Below, in pieces: positions 24,398 through 34,368 of a stretch of 34,368 nucleotides of DNA. A program made the position numbers and the translations under genes. Positions within the stretch are counted from its first letter, which is position 1; the number at the start of each line of letters is the position of its first letter. Under the pieces are notes generated by a model, which saw nothing but the letters and a program-made list of their open reading frames with translations, had not been told where the DNA came from and did no database searches. The stretch is from Catajapyx aquilonaris (lineage: Eukaryota): contig JYFJ02001079.1 in the NCBI GenBank assembly GCA_000934665.2, positions 62,001 to 96,368 of the forward strand. The letters run 5' to 3'.

Positions 24398-24500
24398 CGG
24401 TTCTCGCTAAATTTGTAGCGAATTCGCTAAAATTCTGACGTAATTGTTCACAAGCGAGCGACTAGCGGTTCTCGCTAAATTTGCAGCGAATTCGCTAAGA
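24398..24500. repeat. Direct repeat CGGTTCTCGCTAAATTTGYAGCGAATTCGCTAA x2
   Basis: Two 33-bp copies with one mismatch, ~69 bp apart. Confidence 0.85.
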
Positions 24501-24529
24501 TTAGGCGAAAACGTTTTTAGACTAAAAGC

Positions 24530-25352
24530 AATTCGGCGAAACTAGAAGCGGCTACATGTCGTTTCGTCGAATCTCAATCCGCCTATTTTTTCAGCCGCCC
24601 AATTTTGTTTAGTTCCACTGAAATTGGTTTAGCCGAATTTTTCGTCAATTTAGTTTGCGAATAATGTTCGGTCGAATTAGTTCCGGCCAATTGATTTGTG
24701 TAGAATATAGTTACGCCAAATTTATTTTCAAAGTAATCGGTTTTGCCAAATTAATTTTCGTCCAATTGATTTTAACATGGAGTAGTTTGCTGAATTTATT
24801 CGCCGAATGCAGTTCAGTCCAATTGATCTTAGCCGAATTTATTTCCCTCCGAATATGGATCAGCCATATTTATTTTAGTCGAATTTAGTACCGATCAGTT
24901 TCGCCTATTAAGTACAGCCGAATTAATTTTCACCGAATATGTCACCCAAATTAATTTTAGCCGAATTTAATTTCGCCCAATATCCTTTCGCGGAACATAT
25001 TTTCAGTTCAGCCAAATATATTTCCACCGAAATCGGTTTCGCCAAAATCGCCCAAGTTATTTCCAACAAGACTTCCCAAATTTATTACAGACGAAATTAT
25101 TTTCACCGAATCTGTGTTACTCAAATTCATTTCAGCCGAATCTAGTTTCGCCCAATATACACTCTTGCCAAATACATTTTCACCTGTATCACTTCCGACA
25201 CTGATTTACACCGAATCTTAGTCAGCCAAATTCATTTAAGCCGAATTTAGTTCCGCCCAATACACTTTCACCGAATGATTTTCACCCTATTCAGTTCCGC
25301 CGAATTTATTTATTGCCGAAATCGTTTCCGCCCAATTCATTCTCGCCGAATT
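24530..25352. repeat. Degenerate ~15-16-bp repeat with a (T)TTCGCCGAA(TT)/AGCCGAATT core
   Basis: Dozens of GCCGAAT/GCCCAAT/GCCAAAT/ACCGAAT motifs in one orientation at regular spacing. Confidence 0.82.
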
Positions 25353-26047
25353 TGTTTTTTCCCCCCCGACGACATCGACTTTCTCGTGCAAGTCCTCCCG
25401 GAAGCCAATCCTGACAACTAAACCCAAGCCTCTCTGGTTGCAACCATCATGCTTTTGACATGGCAGCCGGATCCTGAGGGATGAAAGGGAGATGGAGCTT
25501 GCGGCCTCAGTTGCAGCAAGACCGACCGACCAACCAACCAACCAGGATCGATCCGAAAACCCTTCCCAACCCACCACCCCACCCTGCCGAAAATTCCTAC
25601 AGGGAGGGTGGGGGGGGGGGGGACTTTGCAGGGACCACGTCATTTGCACAGACAACCCCCTGCAGTTGTCTTCGTTGCACCTTCGAAAAAAATTGGGTTG
25701 AAAAATTAGGCAAATAAGTTGCCCCAGGAGGCCTGCCATCTAACGGCCTAATTTGGCGTCCTTAAAAAAAATTTAAGTGAGATAAATCGCGATCGGGTTT
25801 TTTTTGACGTGGCTCAATTATGCTAGGAGTCTTCAGTATACCTGAGGATTAGCCGTGGCTTCAATTTGGGGGATCAAATTAGGACCAGGTTTCTGGGGGA
25901 GGTGTCATTAGACTGGTTTTCGTCTCAGGTTTTAAAATAAAATTCGGCTGAAATTGCTGCACTCTTAGGTGCTCCTGCGCATGCGTAGTACACGAATTCC
26001 AATTCAGACCAAAAATAATCAAAATTAGTTGAAATTATAGCGTTGAA

Positions 26048-26152
26048 GGAATTTTCGTCCCACTGCTAGTCACTGCTAACTTAGCAGTATCAATGCCAAT
26101 ACTGGTAGGCTACTGCTAAGTTAGTAGTAACTAGCAGTGGGACGAAAATTCC
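26048..26152. mobile_element. 105-bp palindromic MITE-like element
   Basis: GGAATTTTCGTCCCACTGCTAGTCACTGCTAACTTAGCAGTA pairs with TACTGCTAAGTTAGTAGTAACTAGCAGTGGGACGAAAATTCC (2 mismatches in 42 bp). Confidence 0.8.
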
Positions 26153-27662
26153 ACCCTAGTTATGTTTTTATTTTGTTAAATGGCGAAACTCTAGTAAAAC
26201 AATTGTTTATAATTTAAAATATTTTGAAACAAATTTTTGGGGAATTGTGTAGGCTAATATTTTAAGATAATTTGTAAAATTGCAAAATTGCATTTTTATT
26301 TTGTAAAATATTATGGAAATATTATCGAAAAACAATTGTTTTTAATTTTTTAAATTGAATTTTTATTTGGAAATTCTGTAATATTTTCAGATATTTTGTC
26401 AAACTAAAATTAAGAAATTGTGTTTTTATTTGGTAACAATTTGATGGAATTATGGAATGTTTTAAATTTTAATGAAGTTTAATTATTGGAAAATGTTGTA
26501 ATATTTTCTTGATAGTTATGTGAAACTATTAAATTAAGAGATCCTGTTTTATTTTGTAACGTTTTAGTGTGTAATTATTGAAAAATTATTTTAAAATTAT
26601 TTATGGAATTAAATATTTCGAGGAATTTTGTAACATATTCTGGATAGTTTGGGAAAATTTTGTCGATATGTACGTTAAAATATTAACGACTTTTTGTGTT
26701 GATCTTGTTTGTAGAGTTCCGACAATTAGTGCCCAATTTTGCTTCAGCTATATCACGCAATTCACTCTTGACCTTTGACCTCTTCTGACCTGCCTCAGAG
26801 CATATTCCAAGGTGGCTCGTGCCCAGAAAAGCCAATTATGATGTCGGGCCTCCCAACAGAAAGGCTGTCCAGGGTACTGTCAAGACCAGATGTCTGTGTA
26901 GAATAGTCCTCACTGTTCGCGGCCCACCTGTACAGTGAGTGCAATAGGTGACCTCCTTAGGTCATCAGGTCACACTTCATATATTTCTAAGATCAGCAGC
27001 TTTTTTTGGCCCACTTATTTCCACGAATCTTGAAGGTTCCATAGAAAAAGTATTCAGACTGACCTACCCTCCCACGTCCTCTTGCTGTTGGCACGCTGCC
27101 TAAATGTCACTTTCTGTTCCACTTACAGTGTCAAAAGTCAGGAGGACTCTGATGCGAGCAGGCCGAGCAGAAACGGTCGAATCAAGAAGGCGGTAGAGAC
27201 GAATCTAGGTCACTTAATGTTCCTTAGCATTCGGTAAGGTCATGCCCATTTTTTGAACGGGGATTGTGAGTGAGAAAAAGACTATAAATTGCAAAGTCCG
27301 CGTCTACTTTTCTTGCAAAAAAAAACACATATTATCAGCATTTTGTTCTCTTCAGGGTCTCAGGTCACGTTGCTATGTCATTTGCTATTCAACTGGCTCC
27401 AGCTCTAGCCTCGAGGTACTGCTATTCATCAATGTTTCATTACAGAGAGTTGTTGAAGTGCATTTTCAGAGTATGGTTCTGCATTACGACCTTCATTTGT
27501 CTTCAAAACTATTGCATTGGAGTGAAAATTGAATCCGGACATTAAGGGAAGTTTCCGTCGAATTATTTCAACCCGATTGCACCACTGTTGGATTAGAAAG
27601 TGTGAGGTCCCTCGCTAGAGGGGTCTGCTGAGGAGCCTCACTGCTACAAACCTCCTACGAAT

Positions 27663-28740
27663 GAGTCGCGAAACGCCCTGGCTGCAGGCTGCTCTGAACA
27701 TGTGTTATTATTGGACCACATCTGTGAGTGACCTTTCGGGGTCAAGAGGGATGACCTGAGGTGAACCCTAAAAATTGACGCTTCCTTGTCCTGTACAGTT
27801 TCGGAAAAGAGATGACCTGAAGCAGACCTGAAGCTCAAATTAGACTTCTAGATTGGTAAGGTGAAGTGGGGTAAGTGCATACACGGGGTAAGTGCATAAA
27901 CTGGCCGCCACATTGGAATGAAAATGGCTGACATGCTCACCTCTTGTGGGGATGTGATGTGCAGCTACATAAAAGAGTGCCTGACGCGTTTTGGTGTCGT
28001 CAGCCATTTTCATTCCAATATGGCGGCCCCGTGTATGCACTTACCCCACTTCACCTTATAGGAAGGAACTCCTTTCATGGAGGCTAATTTGAGCTACAGG
28101 TCTGCTCCCTTACTCATTTTCGAGTCTTTGCAGCGTCACTTTTGCGATGATTAACCTCAGGTCATCCCTTCTGACCCCGAAAGGTCACTCATAGACGTGG
28201 TCCAATAATACACAGGTTTAAAGCAGCCTGCATCCAGGCAGTTTCACGACTCGCTCGACATATGAGCACTTCCCCTCTTTTAGAAAAGGGAAAGGAGCAA
28301 TCTGACGCACCTTGTACAGTCGCGAAAGTGAGTAAAGTAGCAGACCTGAAGCTCAAATTAGCCTCCTAGATTGGTAGAGAAAGGCCTCTCTTGGAGGCTA
28401 TTTTCAGGTCTGCTCCCTTACTCATCTTCGTGATTGTACAGTGTGCGTCAGATTGCTCCTCTCGATTTTCTGAAAGGGGGAAGTGCTCTTTTGTAGAGCG
28501 AGTCGTGAAACGGTCTGGCTTCAGGCTGCTCCGAACCTGTGTATTATTGGACCACGACCTTGAGTGACCTTTAGGGGTCAGAAGGGTTCGCCTGAGGTCA
28601 ATAGGGACACTTCCTTGTCCTGTACAATCTCTAAAATAAGTAAGGTAGCAAACTTGAAGGCTAATTTCAGATCTGCTACCTTACTCGTTTTCGATACTGT
28701 ACAGGGTGCATCAGATTGCTCCTCTCGCTTTTCTAAAAGC
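27663..28740. repeat. Alternating-orientation (foldback) repeat: arm+, arm-, arm+, with hairpin junctions
   Basis: The block GAGTCGYGAAACG..TATTATTGGACCAC..GAGTGACCTTT.GGGGTCA..CCTGAGGT lies at 27663-27762 (+), 28154-28252 (-) and 28500-28598 (+). GCAGACCTGAA..TCAGGTCTGC turn-around motifs occur at ~27822/28098, ~28340/28404 and ~28648/28668. Confidence 0.88.
27859..28056. mobile_element. 198-bp MITE with TA TSD (pogo/Tc1-mariner type), nested
   Basis: TA|AGGTGAAGTGGGGTAAGTGCATACACGGGG ... CCCCGTGTATGCACTTACCCCACTTCACCT|TA gives a perfect 30-bp TIR, plus an inner IR GGCCGCCAYATTGGAATGAAAATGGCTGAC. The empty-site paralogue GATTGG-TA-GAGAAAGG is at ~28369-28384. Confidence 0.92.
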
Positions 28741-29728
28741 CCTCCCAAGCTCCTCTCGTCACGTGAGAACATCTCCCTCGTCTGCAATTCCATCAATACA
28801 TCCAAAGTGCTCAGGGTTTCTGGCGCAACCTGCCAGCAAATTCCCTCCCCCCCATCTCCCTTTCTCCTCCTCTCCCCACCTTCCCCTACCCCTTTCCAAA
28901 ATTCTGTGCCGTCGTTTGCAGGCCTATTCCGGCCCACCCCTCTCCTCCTTTTCCACCATCCATTACCTCCCATTTGCTCCAACCCGCATATTCGCCCAAT
29001 TGCTCTGCCTGGAATGTGCAGGACTCTTCTCTCTAGGCCACAGATCTACTCATATTCATTTTTTTGGAATATAGGTTAAAAATTTTTGGAGAGAAAAAAT
29101 GACCTAAAAATTAGGGAAATATGCAATATTGATATAATGGTTATCATAATAATGTACTGAAATAACATTATGTATTGTGTACCCATCAGAGGCTATAAAT
29201 GGTAACGGTGAATAAACGCGACTAATAAGCATATCGTTCATAAATTTTCTAAAATAATATCTGAATGTGTTTGTAACGTTTCGTTATTAGTTTAATCTAC
29301 AGAAATTATGCGCACCATAATATTTCAAAATTAGCTCTTAAAATAGCTTCATATGTGTACGTAATAAAAGACTTGCTACAATGCTACTTTTTGGTCGAAT
29401 AATTCTACTTTATTATTTAAGAAAATTGATTACTAATTAGGTAATAAATAGTAGCTGGTTACATTTCTGTTGGCATTTCTGCTCAGAATTAGCATATTAT
29501 TGCATAAACTACCCGTTATTCACACGGTGATTCATAATTGCCGCCAAACATTATTAACGAAATATTCTAAATTTTGGATATTTAGACTCAAAAAAATGCG
29601 GTTTTGGGACTTTGCCCTAAATCCGCCAAGTTTACTCCCAGTAATCCAGAAGTGGGTTAGGTAGCCGTGACAAACATAAATACCAACAACCTTTCTACTT
29701 TATATATGTAAGAATATGCACTTTATAT

Positions 29729-29998
29729 GGCGACACGGTGGCCGAGTGGTTAGCGCCGCAGCCTTCCACCTCTAAGGTCCCGAGTTCGATCCCCGGGTCG
29801 GACGGAGGATACTTATGTGGATAGAGTTTCGATGGGTTCTCTCCGTGTTCGCGTGGGTTTTCTCGGGGTTCTCCCGTTTCCTCCCACTATCAAAATCCAT
29901 CACATTTCAGGCAAATGATTAAAGTCGGGTTTTCAAAAGATGATCCCCTAAGAGGCCCAAGGGGCCTATCACGGGGTATCCATTATTATTATATTATT
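29729..29998 (+). mobile_element. tRNA-derived SINE with V-domain core (V-SINE superfamily)
   Basis: Pol III A box TGGCCGAGTGG (29739-29749) and B box GAGTTCGATCC (29782-29792). The core GTTCTCTCCGTGTTCGCGTGGGTTTTCTCGGGGTTCTCCCGTTTCCTCCCAC matches my recollection of the V-domain. It ends in a 3' stem-loop and (ATT)n tail, with a perfect 16-bp TSD AATATGCACTTTATAT (29713-29728, 29999-30014). Confidence 0.93.
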
Positions 29999-31047
29999 AA
30001 TATGCACTTTATATATATTCATTTGCAAATTACTAGATAAATATTTTTGAACATTTTTGAAAGGTTATTTTTCCTTCAAAAAAAAGACCCATTAATTGCA
30101 AAATATCCCTCGAGTATTGACACAATCATTATGTTAAACAGCACCTCTATTATATCCTAGCTTCAATCGAAAATTCCACACACAAAAAAAATCGCTCTAA
30201 GCTTGAAAACAAGGTCGACCCGGACATGACCTCCATACACATATACTCCGGGGGGGTCTTACAAAAAAAATAAATTCGGGCAATTCCATTCCGGTCTCGT
30301 TGGTATACCAGCGGTTATCGTTTTTCGCGCGAATCTTGGCCAGCTCAGCCTCCGGAGCTCTCCACATTTTCCATACATATCCTACAGACCTAAAAAGCGG
30401 ACCAATCTCATTCCCGTATTACCGTAGTCAGAGCTCCGGAGTTTATTCCGGGCCCCAAATTCAATTACGATCAGTCTGATACTGGTTTTTTTTGTCTTTC
30501 AAAAAAAAAAGAGGTTCGTTTTGTTTCGCCTTTTTAAAAGAGGATAACACTTATTTTTATGCTGAAACAGGTCTCAAGAGGCGTTGGAGACACTTTTGGC
30601 GCCATGAGGCTTGAAATGAGGCTAGGTTTTATGGCCAGTTCCGGAAAGGGGCCTAAAATGAGGCTAGTTGGATTTGAGGGCAAAGTCCGATTTGAGTAGT
30701 TTTTTTTTGTTTCTAATAATATTAGAAGTAATTGCTGATAATTATAGGGTGTAATTTTATATCAGTAAAATGTACAATACAAATGATATTGTATACCATA
30801 CAAGTCTTATAGGTAATTTAATGCCATATTTATAATACAGTAGACATAAGTTATATCAATTGATTTAATATTTATTTAGTATTTATTATTAAGTGCTTAT
30901 TTGTTTAATATTTATTCAGTGTATACTGTACTTATTTATTAGTATTATTAGTTTATTATTTATTAATATTGCTGTATGATATTATTTGTTAATATTACTC
31001 TAGTAGCGCACCCGTAGCCAAATTTTGGCAAGGCCTGATGATTTAGT

Positions 31048-31143
31048 GCCGTGATCAGAAGGTGGCAGCACTCACCAGGGGCCCTTCTATCTTCCCGCCG
31101 CGATCAGAAGGTGGGAGCACTCACCGGGGACCGTTCTCCTTCC
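31048..31143. repeat. Tandem dimer, 49-bp period (GCCGYGATCAGAAGGTGGSAGCACTCACCRGGG)
   Basis: Two copies starting at 31048 and 31097. Confidence 0.85.
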
Positions 31144-32041
31144 GGAGCTTTCCGGAGGCGAAAAAAATAAGGCTATTATTATAGGGGGAATTACAGTACA
31201 TTTTTGGGGGTTAGCTTGTGGCTCCCGTCATCACTGACTACCCCTTATAGGGAAATGTCGTGATGGTGGTGATGATGATGACAGTACATCATTATTTGTC
31301 AGTTACAGAATTTGTTAATATTTAATATTGAATACAGTATCTTTTAATATTTGTTGTATAATAGGCAATATTATGTAGGTCTAAATATAAATTGATATAA
31401 TATCATTATTAAAATTATTTTATAACATAAAAATGAGATTAGACCATACTTTGACCAAGGTGTACCTACACATCACAAGAGACATTCCCATTCACCAACC
31501 TGTACATATTCATACATTCCACCTTTAAAAATACCTTAGCACATGAATAACCGTGCTAGGTATACCGACCTGTGAATAATTAACATCGACCTGCAACAAG
31601 GGCCTTACAGTATATGCACTCTCTCAAAACGCCTCGTAATGAAAGCATGGGGTACAACCCCCCGAAGCGTAGTAACAAGATGCAAAACAGAGGCTGAAAA
31701 GAGACGCCTTCCCTCCCCGATTATCCAATCATCGTTTGCTGTAGCTGTATGTTACACTCTCCCCCCATAGCCAAAGATGCCTCCTAGGCTCCCAAACTTC
31801 ATACCCAGGCCTAGAGCCAAAAGTCGTGGGCGTTTCATATAACCTACCCCCTTTGTGCCTTAGACGAAGAACAGCAATATCTGTTGTGACATTATTACCT
31901 AGCTTCCTTCCACCAAAAAATGAAGGGTTGTGGCAGGGTTGTATAGGTATTTGGATAGAGAAGAAGCAGATACGCAGAGTTACTGGTAGAGTATACTGAG
32001 GACTAAAATGGAGACATAAAATGGAGGGGGGGGGGGGAGAC

Positions 32042-32095
32042 AAGATGGCGGGTGACGCTGATGACGTCACATGCGCATGCGCATTGCCATGGCAA
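32042..32095. promoter_or_regulatory. Candidate promoter/enhancer motif cluster: YY1, CRE, NRF1, RFX X-box
   Basis: AAGATGGCGG (32042-32051), TGACGTCA (32062-32069), TGCGCATGCGCA (32072-32083) and TTGCCATGGCAA (32084-32095) lie within 54 bp, at the edge of a very AT-rich tract. Function is not demonstrated. Confidence 0.5.
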
Positions 32096-32422
32096 AGTCT
32101 TCAATATATGTAAATTAATTTCAACATAGTCTCTATTACATTTACTTTACATTATAGCCTACCGTATTATAGTTATATTTTTAATATATTGTGAAATTTA
32201 GTAATATTAATATTATTTATAGCCTACATTTAAAATTATTAATTTAAATTACACAAATTTCAAACAATAGGCCTATAATACATTATAAAATAAATAAAAT
32301 GAAATTAATATCAGCGAATACCTTGACGAATACTAAATACATAAATAATAAGCATGCAGAAGAAATTATAAATAATAAACATTCAAAATATAATAAATAA
32401 GAATTAATAGATAAATTAACAA

Positions 32423-32427
<5 letters not shown>

Positions 32428-32467
<40 letters not shown>

Positions 32468-32505
32468 ATAATAATGAATAATAATGAATAATAATGAATA
32501 AAATA
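32428..32505. repeat. (AAT)n microsatellite followed by (AATAATAATG)n
   Basis: Directly visible. Confidence 0.92.
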
Positions 32506-34032
32506 AATTTCAAAATTTATATATTATACTAATATGCTAACATAAAGTAGGCTAGCATTGCCATATATCCTGCAGTATAAGATTATACAGTATAATACTG
32601 TATATACTGCATATATGATATATGAGCCAAAGTTTGTTTGTTTGTTTGTCCATATCCAAATTATTGTGTCCATAAATCTTTTCCAACAAGACCGGATCGT
32701 GTTAACGTCACGTTTCATTACAGACATCCCCCTTGGTATTGAAAAACTCTGGATAAAAAAAATTAATTTCACGGCTTGGTAACCATTGTTTCTGGTTGGG
32801 TGTTGGTGCGACGAACCCAATCTTGATTCGGTTAGACGTTTTCTCCCCAATATTTTTGAGCGGAACTGTTGTTTTTTTCTAGCTCTATTTTCCAGTCGGT
32901 CCAGGACAACTGAGCGGATGTGACAAAATTAATCAATAGCACTGCAGGAGTGGGTATTGTTAGGCCTTGTCTATCACTGTATGTTTGTTGTAACAGGCTA
33001 CGTCTAGGCTTAGAGGGTGTTGTCAACTCCAAGCAAGGGGTGTCAGGGACTGTCGACAAATTTTTACAGTCATAAAAGGGGGACGCAGGTGTGCCATGTC
33101 AGCTCGTTTTGTAGGCCTAGATTGTGATCTATTTTTTGTCTAAGGCATACAGTGTGTGTAGTTTTTTTGTGTAGGTTTTTACATGAGGTGACAGCGTGTG
33201 TTAGCATGCCAGGTGTTTGTAAACGGCTGGGCCTAGCTGCTGTCATGACTAGGCCTAGCCTGTCAGCCATTTTTAAACATGTAATTTTTTAACGACGCAG
33301 CTATTCCGGGTATTGTCAACTAATGTGTACAATAAAGTGAATCTTAAGTGTGTCTCCTAGATGCGGTTTTTATGTTTAATAAACTAGAGACAGATATTCA
33401 TTTTTTTAGCTACATGACATGGCAGGGTTTTGTAAACAATGTGGGCTTGGTTTAGAGTACAATTTTAATGGAGTTATGTCTAGGCTGTCGGGTGTTTTAA
33501 TATGGCGAAGGCCTAGGCTGTCAGCTAACTCCAATATGTCAGCTAGATTTAACTGTAATAATGCCACTCATTATTAAAGGTTTAAAGAAAGCCAACTTTT
33601 ATCAATAGACTTTACCTATTAAACGCATACTTGTCAGTCACTTTTCAGATGCTAAGACTGTCAGTTACTAACTAACAAAAGACCAAGCTATTGTTGGAAG
33701 GTTCCAGTCAGTCTGGCACAGCTAGACTAATATGCATGTTATTTTTAAAAGGCCTACATTGTTCAGTCTATTTTTAAGCAGCGAGGTCTAAAAGCGCAGA
33801 AAAAATACACCAAAACTAATACTTCATTCATATTTTAAAAGGGTAGGACTAGTTTTAAAGATATGTCAGCCATTTTTAGAGAGCCACATATTATTTTTAA
33901 ACAATTTGGACTCGATTCAAAGCCACTCTTTGAACATCCTAATTAGCGCGCCATTAATTTTTAAACACGTAACTCTAAAAACTGGTGAGAAAATTTGTGA
34001 AAATCTCCGATTAGTCACAGGATTTCTATATA

Positions 34033-34368
34033 CAGGGTGTTTACGACCTAACTTTACAAACTTCCAGGGGTAATAGAGGGGACCAAGACAAACATATTTT
34101 ACATAGGAACCCGCGTCCGGAAACGCCATCTAGAGGGGGTTCATAGACAAGGAACGGGTGCGCTCAGACGCGTCACGCAAGAGGCGCAAGTCGAGCGGAC
34201 TGTTTTGTTGATAGATGGCGCGCAGTTGTTGCCAGGTTATGGCGTATCGCGTCGTTGTAAGTAAACAACAGCGCGATACGCCATAACCTGGCAACAACAG
34301 AACCACTGTTGACTATCCGCGCGTCTCCTAGGAGGCGGACTTTAGTTGCTAGATGGCTCTGCTGTTGC
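34033..34368. mobile_element. Left part of a probable Tc1/mariner-type non-autonomous element, truncated by the window end
   Basis: TA|CAGGGTGT terminus like family A but with a different body, and an internal near-perfect hairpin at 34225-34298. The right TIR is not in the window. Confidence 0.55.

Noticed and set aside
2100..27360. Candidate splice acceptors (~2127, ~3079, ~15128, ~27355)
   Set aside because: No convincing downstream coding exon with a donor site could be identified by eye; small exons cannot be excluded without RNA-seq.
28564..29079. Overlapping ORFs of 122-171 aa
   Set aside because: They span foldback repeat and pyrimidine-rich low-complexity DNA; no recognisable domain.
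29729..29800. tRNA gene
   Set aside because: A and B boxes are present, but the sequence continues into a SINE core and tail bounded by TSDs, so it is a SINE head.

Overview
This window is repeat-rich, non-coding eukaryotic DNA, most likely an intergenic region or large intron of an invertebrate animal. It contains no credible protein-coding gene. The longer ORFs are mostly by-products of tandem repeats or transposon sequence, and the rest show no recognisable domain. Supported content: (1) a complete tRNA-derived V-SINE with a 16-bp target-site duplication (29729-29998); (2) two oppositely oriented Helentron-associated (HINE/DINE-1-like) elements (4049-4429, 17807-18162), one inserted into a ~180-bp tandem array whose other units show the empty site; (3) three copies of a TA-flanked Tc1/mariner-type MITE, several other palindromic MITE-like elements, and a TA-flanked MITE nested in the loop of a 1.1-kb alternating inverted-repeat structure (27663-28740); (4) about a dozen perfect or decayed tandem arrays, many built on short palindromic cores; (5) one very compact YY1/CRE/NRF1/X-box motif cluster (32042-32095). 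I found no CRISPR array, operon or prokaryote-type system. All calls were made by eye without database searches, and edges of degenerate repeats are approximate.
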